Source: Nitrosococcus oceani ATCC 19707
GTDB taxonomy: Bacteria > Pseudomonadota > Gammaproteobacteria > Nitrosococcales > Nitrosococcaceae
DNA: 32,000 nucleotides
Direction of reading: 5' to 3'
Assembly: GCF_000012805.1 (NCBI RefSeq)
Contig: NC_007484.1
Span: 1,350,001-1,382,000, forward strand
Shown: positions 1-9,525 of the stretch, piece after piece
Numbering within the stretch: position 1 is the first letter of the stretch
Layout: every line of letters begins with the position of its first letter
The notes under the pieces: generated by a model
The model's input: the letters and a program-made list of their open reading frames with translations, nothing else
Database searches by the model: none
What the model was told of the DNA's origin: nothing
Made by a program: the position numbers and the translations under genes

Positions 1-38
1 GGCGCCACCGCTTATTTTTCCCCCTCGATTTTAGCAAT

Positions 39-1106
39 TTGCCGCCACCGCCTGTTAGTTTGTCTGGAACGGAGTATGGACAGGCATTAAGCCCCATTGA
101 TGGCAAGTTGGCAGAGCGGTTCTTGTTTAGTACTCCAGATACTCGCTTTGGCGATAAGATGATCAATTATATCTACCTGGATACCCGTCATCTCATTGCG
201 ATTACTTATCCGCCTATCCAGCCTGCTGAACTTGACAGATTGTATAAGCGCCATTATTCTGCGCCGCCCTCATCGATCAATAACCCAGAGAGTCCTTCGC
301 CCTATCGTCAGTTCGAGGGTAAACGCCCCTGGGAGAAATTGCTTCTGAGGCTACCCGTGGAGCGGTGGCTTTCGTATTTTTTTTCCAAAGATCTCTGGCT
401 AGATAATACCCTGAATGAGTTGAGTAATACGCTTCAATCTTCACAAATTAATATTCACAGCCCACTTCGAGTACTTGATACTGGTTGTTTTGAGGGCCAT
501 TTACTCGATGGCATTGCCGCCCGGAAATCCTGGCGAGGTTATGGCCTGGAACCCAATATCCAAGCGGTGGAAATTGCTCGTGGTAAGGGGCATTGTGTTT
601 GGCAAGGACGTGCTGAAGATGCTGTTGAGATTATTCCATATTCCTATCAGTTCGATGTCATTTTCATGGGGCAAAGTATTGAGCATACAGATGATCCGGT
701 GCGGGTCCTGCGCCGTCTTCGTCTGCTACTTGCCCCTGGTGGCGTTCTGGTCGTGAGTACGCCTAATTTGGATTCCCGGCAAATTACCTGGTTTGGCCCA
801 ACTTGGGCTCATTGGCATGCACCCTATCATCGCTATATTTTTTCGAGGAAGGGTTTATTCGCCCTAGCCAGACAAACAGGTTTGCATCCTGTTTGTTTCA
901 AAACCTTCTCCCATTGTTACTGGACTGCCATGTCACTAATGCAGAATTTTATCGGGCTTGGAGGTAGCGTATCCCATACAGTCGATTTTGATCATCCCCT
1001 GCGTTTACGGGCGCAAAGAATTAATTTTTGGCAGCAGTTTTTTTGGAATCGTATAGGCAAAGGGGATTATTGCTTCTTTGTGATGAGGGATGAGGAAAGT
1101 GGCTAA
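39..1106 (+). CDS. Class I SAM-dependent methyltransferase (polysaccharide-modification context)
   Basis: Motif I-like VLDTGCFEG and LLAPGGVLVVSTPN are typical of Methyltransf_11/23-type enzymes. The frame has no stop between nt 3 and 39, so the true start may lie upstream of the window or at an internal ATG (e.g. nt 159, MINYIY...). The 3' end overlaps the next gene by 17 nt. Confidence 0.75.
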   Translation: MPPPPVSLSGTEYGQALSPIDGKLAERFLFSTPDTRFGDKMINYIYLDTRHLIAITYPPIQPAELDRLYKRHYSAPPSSINNPESPSPYRQFEGKRPWEKLLLRLPVERWLSYFFSKDLWLDNTLNELSNTLQSSQINIHSPLRVLDTGCFEGHLLDGIAARKSWRGYGLEPNIQAVEIARGKGHCVWQGRAEDAVEIIPYSYQFDVIFMGQSIEHTDDPVRVLRRLRLLLAPGGVLVVSTPNLDSRQITWFGPTWAHWHAPYHRYIFSRKGLFALARQTGLHPVCFKTFSHCYWTAMSLMQNFIGLGGSVSHTVDFDHPLRLRAQRINFWQQFFWNRIGKGDYCFFVMRDEESG

Positions 1107-1926
1107 TTTGAAACTTCCAACTATTAGTATTGTAACGCCGTCCCTCAATCAGGGAGAGTATGTGGAGTGGACGGTGCGATCGGTGTTTGAGCAACGTTAT
1201 CCAAACCTGGAGTATATCTTTATGGATGGTGGCTCTACTGATCAGACGCTAGATCGTATTGCCTCCTACCGTAATCGTTTTTTACATTTTGAGTCGGGGC
1301 CTGATGGAGGGCAGAGTGCAGCTATTGCTAAGGGATTTAGCATTGCCACTGGGGAGATTATGGCCTATTTAAATAGCGATGATGTGCTACTGCCCGGTAC
1401 GCTTAATTTTGTGGCCGATTATTTCCATCGTCATCCTGAAGTAGATTTTCTTTATGGCCATCGTTGCATTGTTAACGAAATAAATCAAGTTATAGGACAC
1501 TGGATTCTGCCTCGGCATAGCAGTTTTTTAATGCGGCGTTGGGATCTTATCCCGCAGGAATCTTGTTTCTGGCGTCGTCGCCTGTTTGAACAAAAAGGGA
1601 ATATCGATGCCAGTTTCCAATTTGCTATGGATTATGATTTGTTCGTACGCTATATGGACGTTGGTAATTTCAAGCGGGTAAACCGATTTCTTTCGGCCTT
1701 TCGAGTGCATAAAGATGCTAAAACCACAACCCAGCTGACGACTACCGGTTGGGCGGAAATAGAACGTGTACAACGGTCCAATCAGATGCGGTTTCCACCT
1801 TTGCTAGGTAAGCTTTTCCCTCTTTCGGTACAATTACGTTCCCTCCTTTTTATTCGAAGAGGAGAGTGCTTTCCGGGGCTTCCTCCAGGGTCGAATTTTA
1901 ACTTAAACATCCTATGGGGAGATTAA
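1090..1926 (+). CDS. Family 2 glycosyltransferase
   Basis: N-terminal ISIVTPSLNQGEYVEWTVRSV...FMDGGSTDQT, then GQSAAIAKG, LNSDDVLLPG and AMDYDLFVRY. This is the GT-A/GT2 pattern with a DxD-like SDD. It is a paralog of the 3037..3786 product. Confidence 0.85.
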   Translation: MRKVANLKLPTISIVTPSLNQGEYVEWTVRSVFEQRYPNLEYIFMDGGSTDQTLDRIASYRNRFLHFESGPDGGQSAAIAKGFSIATGEIMAYLNSDDVLLPGTLNFVADYFHRHPEVDFLYGHRCIVNEINQVIGHWILPRHSSFLMRRWDLIPQESCFWRRRLFEQKGNIDASFQFAMDYDLFVRYMDVGNFKRVNRFLSAFRVHKDAKTTTQLTTTGWAEIERVQRSNQMRFPPLLGKLFPLSVQLRSLLFIRRGECFPGLPPGSNFNLNILWGD

Positions 1927-2103
1927 GTAGATTTTGAGATAAGCTTTTCGGTAAAAAAATGAACCCATTCTTGGGAAATTTATACCGGCTTTACAGTTTG
2001 CTATAGGATGGCAAAGTCGCCGATATTTTTTTATATTTGAACTTAAAATGCTATTTTTTTGCTAGAAATAGATGGTAGTTCTAATCTTCATGTGAATTAA
2101 TGT

Positions 2104-3036
2104 ATGGATAAGGAGAAAAAAATATACGTTGCTGGGCACCGGGGTATGGTAGGGTCCGCCATTGTTAGAAATCTTGAAGAAAGAGGATATATTAATATTA
2201 TTACCCGCACCCGCCAGGAACTTGATTTGCGCGATCAAAAGAAGGTATTTTCCTTCCTTGAGGGAGCACGGCCTGATTACCTATTTATCGCTGCGGCAAA
2301 AGTGGGTGGAATTTATGCCAATAATACCTACCGTGCCCAATTTATCTATGAAAATCTTGTTATTCAGTCTAATCTTATCCATGGAGCCTATTTAGCCGGC
2401 GTTAAACGTCTGTGTTTTCTAGGATCAAGCTGCATTTATCCAAAAAAATGTCCTCAGCCAATACGAGAGGACTATCTCCTGACAGGACCGCTAGAACCTA
2501 CCAATGAGCCTTATGCTATTGCCAAGATTGCGGGCGTTAAAATGTGTGAGAGCTATAATCAGCAATATGGAACCCGCTATATTTCGGTGATGCCCACTAA
2601 TTTGTATGGACCCCATGACAACTATGACCTTAATAACAGCCATGTATTACCTGCTTTGATCCGCAAGGCCCATGAAGCTAACTTAAGAGGTGATGAAAAA
2701 TGGGTTGTATGGGGAACGGGGACTCCAAGGCGGGAATTTCTTTATGTAGACGATATGGCGAATGCCTGTATTCTTTTAATGGAAAAAGATATTCCTGGCG
2801 GTTTATTTAATGTGGGCACAGGTGTTGATGTGACGATCAAAGAATTAGCTGAGATGATCATGGGTGTGGTGGGGTTTCAGGGAAGCATCGTTTTCGATTC
2901 GTCCAAGCCTGATGGTACCCTACGCAAATTATTGGATGTCAGCAGAATACAGGAATTAGGCTGGCGTCCACAGATAGACTTGCGTGAGGGAATAAACAAA
3001 GCTTACCGGGATTTTCTAAATCGTGTTGCTGCCTAA
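2104..3036 (+). CDS. fcl: GDP-L-fucose synthase (GDP-4-keto-6-deoxy-D-mannose 3,5-epimerase/4-reductase)
   Basis: 310 aa. Has the N-terminal Rossmann motif [20 protein letters not shown], the catalytic YAIAKIAG (YxxxK) and [10 protein letters not shown], a full-length match to the Fcl/WcaG pattern. Confidence 0.93.
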   Translation: MDKEKKIYVAGHRGMVGSAIVRNLEERGYINIITRTRQELDLRDQKKVFSFLEGARPDYLFIAAAKVGGIYANNTYRAQFIYENLVIQSNLIHGAYLAGVKRLCFLGSSCIYPKKCPQPIREDYLLTGPLEPTNEPYAIAKIAGVKMCESYNQQYGTRYISVMPTNLYGPHDNYDLNNSHVLPALIRKAHEANLRGDEKWVVWGTGTPRREFLYVDDMANACILLMEKDIPGGLFNVGTGVDVTIKELAEMIMGVVGFQGSIVFDSSKPDGTLRKLLDVSRIQELGWRPQIDLREGINKAYRDFLNRVAA

Positions 3037-3786
3037 ATGACCACGGTAAAGCCGTTAGTTACGGTGGTGGTCCCTTCCTACAACCAAGGCTGTTATCTCG
3101 AGCAAGCATTGGCTTCCGTGTTTGGGCAGCAATTGCCTGTCGAAGTATTTGTGATGGATGGCGGCTCCAAGGACAGCTCGCTTGCGATTATCCACGAATG
3201 GGAGCATCGTTTATCTGGTTGGCGCAGTCATCCTGATCAAGGACAGGCCGCAGCTATCAATGAGGGAATCGGGTGGGGAGAGGCGCCTTTTGTGTGTTGG
3301 TTAAATAGCGATGATTGGCTACTGCCGGCAGGACTCACCTATTTATACCAAGCCTTGCAGCAATCTTTAGAAGCACCTGCAGCTTATGGGCGCTCATGGA
3401 ATTTTATTGAGAAAACCGGGAATCGACGGGCCGTCTGGGTAGAACCTTTTAACGAACGCCGTCTGGCGTTACGTTGTATTATTTCGCAACCTGCAACGTT
3501 GATTAGGCGCTCTGCCTGGGAAGTCATGGGGGGGCTGAATGAAAATCTTCACATGGCCATGGACTATGATTTATGGTGGCGTCTATTTAAAAGATTCGGC
3601 CGGTTACATTTTGTAGACAAATTCGTTGCGGTGAATCGGGATCATATGGCTACCAAAACAAAAAACCAACGCCGTTTACACTACCAGGAAGCTATCAGGA
3701 CTGTCCGCCAACATTATGGGCGCGTTCCTTTGAAATGGTGGCTCGCCCAACCCTATGCGATCTGGTTTAAAGCGTTACATAGATAG
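3037..3786 (+). CDS. Family 2 glycosyltransferase (paralog of 1090..1926)
   Basis: The ATG directly abuts the fcl TAA stop. Motifs VVVPSYNQGCYLEQALASV...VMDGGSKDSS, GQAAAINEG, LNSDDWLLPAG and AMDYDLWWRL are collinear with the first GT2. Confidence 0.85.
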   Translation: MTTVKPLVTVVVPSYNQGCYLEQALASVFGQQLPVEVFVMDGGSKDSSLAIIHEWEHRLSGWRSHPDQGQAAAINEGIGWGEAPFVCWLNSDDWLLPAGLTYLYQALQQSLEAPAAYGRSWNFIEKTGNRRAVWVEPFNERRLALRCIISQPATLIRRSAWEVMGGLNENLHMAMDYDLWWRLFKRFGRLHFVDKFVAVNRDHMATKTKNQRRLHYQEAIRTVRQHYGRVPLKWWLAQPYAIWFKALHR

Positions 3787-3788
3787 CC

Positions 3789-3800
3789 TTAAGCGAGCTT
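3789..3800. repeat. 12-nt direct repeat copy 1 (TTAAGCGAGCTT)
   Basis: Exact 12-mer located 3 nt after the GT2 stop. An identical copy is at 3944..3955. Confidence 0.6.
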
Positions 3801-3943
3801 GAAGATTTCGTTCCTATGGCATCTTTCTTCCGTGGTGAATGGTTTTTTCATATTAAGCCTATCTAGCTTTATCCCCTTAGTAAGTGCTTTTTGAAAAATA
3901 TGCTAACGAAACCGGCTTGCAGGTATTTTTTATAAGGCGCATT

Positions 3944-3955
3944 TTAAGCGAGCTT
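3944..3955. repeat. 12-nt direct repeat copy 2 (TTAAGCGAGCTT)
   Basis: Exact 12-mer ending 3 nt before the GT4 ATG (3958). It pairs with 3789..3800. Confidence 0.6.
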
Positions 3956-3957
3956 AT

Positions 3958-5097
3958 ATGCGGGTTTTACATTTTTATAGAACCTATTTCCCCGATACGA
4001 TGGGGGGAGTTGAACAAGTAATTTACCAAATTGCTCGTGGTACTTCTGCTTATGGCGTTGAAACGGAAATTCTCACCCTAAGCAAAACCAAATCTGAGGA
4101 AAATTTATTTATTGATAATCATCTTGTTCATCGAGCACGGCTTGATTTTCAAATCGCATCAACGGGTTTTTCGTTATCGGCCCTACTGCGGTTTATTCAA
4201 TTAGCCAAGCAAGTAGATCTGATTCATTATCATTTTCCGTGGCCATTTATGGATATGGTGCATTTCTCCTCGTTGGTTAAAAAACCATCTGTAGTAACTT
4301 ATCATTCTGATATTATCCGGCAGAAATTTCTCTTCAATTTTTACCGGCCACTCATGCACTGTTTTTTGAATCATGTTGATCGCATTGTAGCGACCTCTCC
4401 CAATTATTTCGCCACTAGCCAGGTACTAGATCAGTATCGGGCTAAAACCGAGGTGATTCCCATCGGCCTGGATAAAGCTTCTTATCCTAAAATAAGACCG
4501 GAATTACTACAATACTGGCGAACTCGGGTGGGTAATCGTTTTTTCCTATTTGTTGGCATGATTCGTTATTATAAAGGTTTACATATTCTTCTGGATGCTG
4601 TTAAGGGTACTGATTTTCCTTTGGTTATTTTAGGTTCTGGGCCTGTTGAAAAAGAACTGAGAAGGCATGCGCAACGTCTAGATCTAAAAAATATTCATTT
4701 TTTGGGAGCGTTATCCGATGAGGACAAAGTAGCGCTGATCGATTTGAGTCTGGCCATTGTGTTTCCTTCCCATCTTCGTTCTGAGGCTTTCGGTATCTCT
4801 TTGCTGGAAGGCGCTATGTTTGGAAAACCGATGATATCCAGTGAGATTGGCACGGGCACCAGCTATGTCAATATTCACAATGAGACGGGTCTGGTCGTTC
4901 CTCCCAGCAATCCCGGCTCATTTAGAGAAGCCATGATTTTTTTTTGGAATCATCCCAAAGCTGCGGCAGAAATGGGTAAAAATGCCGAGGCTCGCTACTG
5001 GCGGCAGTTTACTTCGGCGCATATGGCCGTAAGGTATGTGGATCTCTATCAGCGCTTGCTTGAAAAATCCGCCGGTAGTTTTAAAGTACCTCAATAA
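3958..5097 (+). CDS. Family 4 (GT-B, Glycos_transf_1) glycosyltransferase
   Basis: 379 aa. C-terminal SEAFGISLLEGAMFGKPMISSEIGTGTSYV carries the E-x7-E signature of retaining GT4 enzymes. The N-terminus MRVLHFYRTYFPDTMGGVEQV is typical. Confidence 0.85.
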   Translation: MRVLHFYRTYFPDTMGGVEQVIYQIARGTSAYGVETEILTLSKTKSEENLFIDNHLVHRARLDFQIASTGFSLSALLRFIQLAKQVDLIHYHFPWPFMDMVHFSSLVKKPSVVTYHSDIIRQKFLFNFYRPLMHCFLNHVDRIVATSPNYFATSQVLDQYRAKTEVIPIGLDKASYPKIRPELLQYWRTRVGNRFFLFVGMIRYYKGLHILLDAVKGTDFPLVILGSGPVEKELRRHAQRLDLKNIHFLGALSDEDKVALIDLSLAIVFPSHLRSEAFGISLLEGAMFGKPMISSEIGTGTSYVNIHNETGLVVPPSNPGSFREAMIFFWNHPKAAAEMGKNAEARYWRQFTSAHMAVRYVDLYQRLLEKSAGSFKVPQ

Positions 5098-5879
5098 GGT
5101 CCGAAGTAACAAAAAAGAAGTATTCGGGTATCTCCCGCTTATTTTCAAAAAACGGAGACTAAGTAATTTTATAACCCGCGGTTTCAAGTAGTAATTTGCA
5201 GTTCTATTATGCAGCGAGTAAATCTATTTGCTGCCCTTATGATGGTTTACTGGCGCTTGCCTGACCCTCATAGATCGTGGGTGGTGATTCATTTTCCCAG
5301 TAAAAGCCTTGAGGTATTGGAATAAGGGGGTGGTATTTTGCAAACCTGTTTTTCTCCTTAAAAATAGTTTGGCGCACTTTACCTGGGCCGCCCCCCGGGG
5401 TGTTTTATGCCCCTTTGGCTTCACAACCATCCCCTCGCTCCTAAATTTACCTGTTTTTGTTAGGTCGAGTTATCACGAACGCTATCTCTAGGCCGTTCTC
5501 CCACTAATTGTATTTATTATCCAAAATCGTCTGTTAACTAATAACTATACAAACTGTGTTTTCTGGTCTATAGCTTATAAATATTGGAGTTTATTATAAG
5601 ATTAACAAAAAATAATAAATAATGAGATCGGGAAATTAGAAGAATTAATCAAATAAATTCAAGTGATTATCTAATGATAGATAGCCCTAGGCATGGGCGC
5701 ACTAGTAACCATGAAAAGTGAAGGGAGTTACCAAGCGACAGGCTGAGACTAATGGGTGGTATAAAGCCAATCCGGTAACGAATAAAAATTGTGTTTCACT
5801 CCAGCGGCGTAGGTGTTGACGCGCTGTGGATTTGGCTAAGAACTGAAGCTAGCAATGGATCTATAGGTTAAGTTTTGCT

Positions 5880-6524
5880 ATGCCCCAAATTTTTTCTTCT
5901 CGTTTCGTCCTCTTTCTTAAGCTCGCTATTGTGGGTATGGTTTTGTTTCTTTTGGGGGCGGTAGTGCTTTGGCGCATTGTGACTAGTCCCCTGGCTTCCG
6001 TGGGTGCGGCCATCGAGCAGCCCGTTCCGTTCAGCCATAAGCACCATGTTAGCGATGATGGCATTGATTGCCGCTACTGCCATACCTCTGTGGAAAAATC
6101 TTCTTTTGCGGGAATCCCTTCAACAGAAATCTGTATGACCTGTCATTCGCAACTCTTTACGGATGCGGAAGTGCTGGCTCCGGTGAGAGCCAGTTTCCGG
6201 GCGAAAAAACCGTTGCGGTGGAAACGCGTCAATGATTTGCCTGATTTTGTTTATTTTAATCACAGCATTCATATTCATAAGGGGATTGGCTGTGTTTCCT
6301 GTCATGGGCCAGTGGATGAAATGCCACTTACCTGGCGGGCAAAGCCTTTAACCATGCAGTGGTGTTTAAATTGTCATCGGGCGCCAGAACGTTTTGTGCG
6401 GCCCCGCGAGTATGTCTTCGACATGAATTGGAAGCCGAAAGAAGAGCAATTGGTGCTAGGGAAGCGGTTAGTAGAAAAATATAATATTCAAAGCAAAACT
6501 GATTGTTCGACGTGTCACCGCTGA
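5880..6524 (+). CDS. actA: Alternative complex III subunit ActA, membrane-anchored pentahaem cytochrome c
   Basis: Has an N-terminal TM helix and five CxxCH motifs (CRYCH, CMTCH, CVSCH, CLNCH, CSTCH). It is the first gene of the act cluster. Confidence 0.9.
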   Translation: MPQIFSSRFVLFLKLAIVGMVLFLLGAVVLWRIVTSPLASVGAAIEQPVPFSHKHHVSDDGIDCRYCHTSVEKSSFAGIPSTEICMTCHSQLFTDAEVLAPVRASFRAKKPLRWKRVNDLPDFVYFNHSIHIHKGIGCVSCHGPVDEMPLTWRAKPLTMQWCLNCHRAPERFVRPREYVFDMNWKPKEEQLVLGKRLVEKYNIQSKTDCSTCHR

Positions 6525-6541
6525 GCATAAGGGGGGGTGTT

Positions 6542-9523
6542 ATGGCAGGATCGAGTATAAAACCTTTGGATTTAGCGCCCATTCGGGCCCGCCTTGCCGA
6601 GGCGCAAGGGCGTGCTTTCTGGAAAAGCTTGGAGGAGCTGGCGGGCAGTGAAGAATTCGAACGTTTTCTATACCAGGAATTCCCCTTTTTTCGCGAGCTG
6701 AGTCAGGCTTCGCTCAGCCGGCGGGACTTTATGCGGCTAATGGGAGCTTCTTTAGCTCTCGCCGGCCTAAGTGCATGCAGCACCCCGCCACCGGAGGAAA
6801 TCCTTCCTTACATACGGGCGCCGGAAGGTTTAGTGCCAGGTGAGTCGCTGTTTTTTGCCACGGCCATGCCTCTGGATGGCTTTGCAACCGGCGTGTTGGT
6901 GGAAAGCCGGATGGGTCGCCCCACCAAGGTGGAAGGTAATCCCCTGCATCCAGCGAGTTTGGGGGGGACGGATATTTTTGCCCAGGCTTCCGTGCTGCAA
7001 TTATGGGATCCCGACCGAGCTCAGGTGATAAGTCACCGGGGAGAAATTAGCACTTGGCAGACTTTTTTAGCTGCAATGGGTGAGAAGATGAGGACCTTTG
7101 AGGGCAACCAAGGCAAGGGGCTCTACCTATTAACGCCAACCGTAAGCTCACCAACGTTAATTTCCCAGTTACGGACGTTAGGCAAACGCTTTCCCCATGC
7201 CCATTGGCATCAATATCAACCGATTAACCAAGATAATAGCTATGAAGGGGCTCGTTTGGCCTTTGGTGAGTCCCTTGAGACCCGTTATCACCTGGAGCGG
7301 GCTGAGGTAATTTTGTCTCTTGATGGGGACTTCCTTGGCTCGCTGCCAGGACATTTGCGCTATGCCCGCGATTTTGCCAAGAAGCGGCGGGTGGATTCGG
7401 CACAAAGCACCATGAACCGCTTGTATGTAGCTGAGAGTTCACCCACTATAACCGGGACGATGGCGGATCATGGGGTTTCCCTGCGCGCTAGCCAAATAGA
7501 AGTATTAGCCTTGCAGTTGGCCCGCGCACTAGGCATTGGCGTGCCCAGGAGGGAAGAGACGGCTTCCGATTTGCCTGAACAATGGGTGCGGGCCGTGGCC
7601 GAGGATTTACGCCAGCACCGCGGGACTTCCTTGGTGATAACGGGAGAAAAACAGCCTCCCTTTGTTCATGGGTTGGTCCATGCCGTGAATCAAGCCTTGG
7701 GGAATGTGGGAACGACGCTTACTTACAGTGCGCCAAGAGCCTTCAATCCACGAAACCAAAATGAATCCCTGAACCATCTGGTGGCTCAGATGGACGCAGG
7801 CAAAGTGGATACGCTCATCATGCTAGGAGGCAACCCCGCCTATAACGCGCCGGCCGATCTGGCCTTCTCCAAGCAGCTCGCTAAGGTGAAATCATCGATT
7901 TATCTCGGGCTATATGAGGATGAAACCGCCGCTCATAGTCACTGGCATATCCCCGAAACTCATTACCTGGAGAGGTGGGGGGATGCCCGTGCCTACGAGG
8001 GCACGGTAAGTTTATTGCAGCCCTTGATTGCACCCCTTTATCAGGGCAAATCAGATTATGAATTGTTGGCGGTGTTGCTTGGCCAAACCGACCGGAGCGA
8101 TTATGACTGGGTGCGTGGATACTGGCAAAAGCAGTGGCCGAAGTCGGATTTCAAAAGCATCTGGAACCAGGCATTGCAGGCAGGTTTTATCGAAGGGACA
8201 GCATTAAGATCGAAATCCGTAAAACTGCGTGATGATTGGGTTGCCCATTTATCGAGGGGACAGTCTAAGAGCAAGGAAACTTCAGGCATGGAAATTATCT
8301 TCATGCCTGATCCAACGATTTGGGATGGGCAATTTACCAACAATGGTTGGCTGCAAGAATTGCCTAAGCCGCTCACCAAGCTTACTTGGGATAACGCCGC
8401 CTTAATTAGCCCCCGGACGGCTGAGAATTTGGGACTTGCCAATGAAGAAGTCGTGGCGCTTCGCTACCAGGAACGCCAGGTTCAAGCGCCTATCTGGATT
8501 ATGCCCGGGCACCCAGAGGGTGCGGTTACGGTGACGTTAGGCTATGGCCGCGCTAAAACCGGACAGGTGGGAGCGGGAACAGGTTTTAATGCCTACGCGC
8601 TGCGCTCCTCCAGGGCGCCTTGGTTTGGGTGGGGATTGGAAATTGTCAAAACTGGCAAGCACCATTCTTTGGCCACGACCCAGCACCATCATAGCATGGA
8701 GGGGCGGGATATCGTCCGAACGGCGACCCTCTCTGAGTTTCGAGAGAACCCCCATTTCGCCCAGCAGGAATTACCTTCTAAAAGTCTTTATCCTCAGTTC
8801 AACTATTCAGGTTATGCCTGGGGCATGACGATTAATCAAAGTACCTGCATCGGCTGCAGCGCCTGTGTTGTGGCGTGCCAAGCAGAAAACAATATCCCCG
8901 TGGTGGGGAAGGAGCAGGTCAGTTTAGGGCGGGAGATGCATTGGCTGCGCATTGATCGCTACTACAGTGGAGGCTTGGATGATCCGCGGACTTATTTTCA
9001 GCCAGTGCTCTGTATGCATTGTGAAAACGCGCCTTGTGAGCTGGTTTGTCCCACGGCAGCGACGGTGCATGATTCAGAAGGACTTAATCTTCAGGTTTAC
9101 AATCGTTGTATTGGTACCCGTTTTTGCTCTAACAATTGCCCTTATAAGGTTAGGCGATTTAATTTTTTGGAATATGCTAAGGAAACACCGTCTCTAGTAG
9201 CCCAAAAAAATCCTGAAGTCACCGTGCGAATGCGGGGAGTGATGGAAAAATGCAGCTATTGCATACAGCGCATTAGCAATGCTCGTATTCAAGCGGAGCT
9301 AGAAGAACGGCGTATTCAAGATGGGGAAGTATTAACTGCCTGCCAGGCAGCATGCCCCACCGAGGCCATTGTCTTTGGTGATTTAAACGATCCGGAAAGC
9401 CAGGTTGGCCAAGTAAAGGCATCACCGCTTAATTATGCGCTCCTGGGCGAACTTAACACCCGCCCCCGGACTACCTATCTTGCAAAATTAACTAATCCGA
9501 ATCCTAAGCTCAAAGAAGAATAG
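6542..9523 (+). CDS. actB: Alternative complex III subunit ActB (molybdopterin-oxidoreductase-like domain fused to a 4Fe-4S ferredoxin domain)
   Basis: Preferred start is the ATG at 6542, preceded by AAGGGGG; the track start at 6503 overlaps actA. The twin-arginine motif SRRDFMRL (codons from 6716) is followed by ALAGLSAC. C-terminal Cys clusters are CIGCSACVVAC, CMHCENAPCELVCP, CIGTRFCSNNCP and CQAACP. Confidence 0.92.
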   Translation: MAGSSIKPLDLAPIRARLAEAQGRAFWKSLEELAGSEEFERFLYQEFPFFRELSQASLSRRDFMRLMGASLALAGLSACSTPPPEEILPYIRAPEGLVPGESLFFATAMPLDGFATGVLVESRMGRPTKVEGNPLHPASLGGTDIFAQASVLQLWDPDRAQVISHRGEISTWQTFLAAMGEKMRTFEGNQGKGLYLLTPTVSSPTLISQLRTLGKRFPHAHWHQYQPINQDNSYEGARLAFGESLETRYHLERAEVILSLDGDFLGSLPGHLRYARDFAKKRRVDSAQSTMNRLYVAESSPTITGTMADHGVSLRASQIEVLALQLARALGIGVPRREETASDLPEQWVRAVAEDLRQHRGTSLVITGEKQPPFVHGLVHAVNQALGNVGTTLTYSAPRAFNPRNQNESLNHLVAQMDAGKVDTLIMLGGNPAYNAPADLAFSKQLAKVKSSIYLGLYEDETAAHSHWHIPETHYLERWGDARAYEGTVSLLQPLIAPLYQGKSDYELLAVLLGQTDRSDYDWVRGYWQKQWPKSDFKSIWNQALQAGFIEGTALRSKSVKLRDDWVAHLSRGQSKSKETSGMEIIFMPDPTIWDGQFTNNGWLQELPKPLTKLTWDNAALISPRTAENLGLANEEVVALRYQERQVQAPIWIMPGHPEGAVTVTLGYGRAKTGQVGAGTGFNAYALRSSRAPWFGWGLEIVKTGKHHSLATTQHHHSMEGRDIVRTATLSEFRENPHFAQQELPSKSLYPQFNYSGYAWGMTINQSTCIGCSACVVACQAENNIPVVGKEQVSLGREMHWLRIDRYYSGGLDDPRTYFQPVLCMHCENAPCELVCPTAATVHDSEGLNLQVYNRCIGTRFCSNNCPYKVRRFNFLEYAKETPSLVAQKNPEVTVRMRGVMEKCSYCIQRISNARIQAELEERRIQDGEVLTACQAACPTEAIVFGDLNDPESQVGQVKASPLNYALLGELNTRPRTTYLAKLTNPNPKLKEE

Positions 9524-9525
9524 CA

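Noticed and set aside
1-5100. Lower G+C of the polysaccharide cluster as evidence for a horizontally acquired island
   Set aside because: Spot counts of single 60-nt lines give about 32-38 percent G+C in the GT4 gene. A line in actF (12781-12840) gives a similar value of 19/60, while lines in actB and dabA reach 58-62 percent. Composition therefore varies strongly even within operons. No integrase, tRNA or flanking repeat supports an island. A proper sliding-window and codon-usage analysis is needed.
5224-5491. Short ORFs (68 aa minus strand, 60 aa plus strand) in the long intergenic gap
   Set aside because: The products are highly basic or compositionally odd. They have no RBS and no recognisable motif, and they overlap each other on opposite strands. 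I treated them as non-coding pending transcript or proteomic evidence.
5802-5842. Possible ops/JUMPstart-like element (AGCGGCGTAGGTG) and a sigma-70 promoter (TTGACG at 5816-5821 with TAAGAA at 5837-5842) upstream of actA
   Set aside because: The ops consensus GGCGGTAG is not matched exactly, and the context is a respiratory operon rather than a polysaccharide one. The candidate -35/-10 hexamers are only 15 nt apart and the -10 is poor. This is too weak to call.
6503-6541. Longest-ORF N-terminal extensions using TTG/GTG starts (actB 6503, coxB 13718, coxC 16080, subunit IV 16673, dabB 22427, aceE 28436)
   Set aside because: Each extension overlaps the preceding gene or lacks an RBS. In each case a downstream ATG, or a GTG at a stop-overlap, has a Shine-Dalgarno-like sequence and gives an N-terminus typical of the family. 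The alternative starts cannot be strictly excluded without N-terminal proteomics.
6716-6739. The twin-arginine motif of ActB lies about 59 residues from the N-terminus, suggesting a mis-called start
   Set aside because: No in-frame start with an RBS lies closer to the motif. The intervening FWKSLEELAGSEEFERFLYQEFP block looks like the conserved N-terminal extension seen in ActB-type proteins. I kept the 6542 start.
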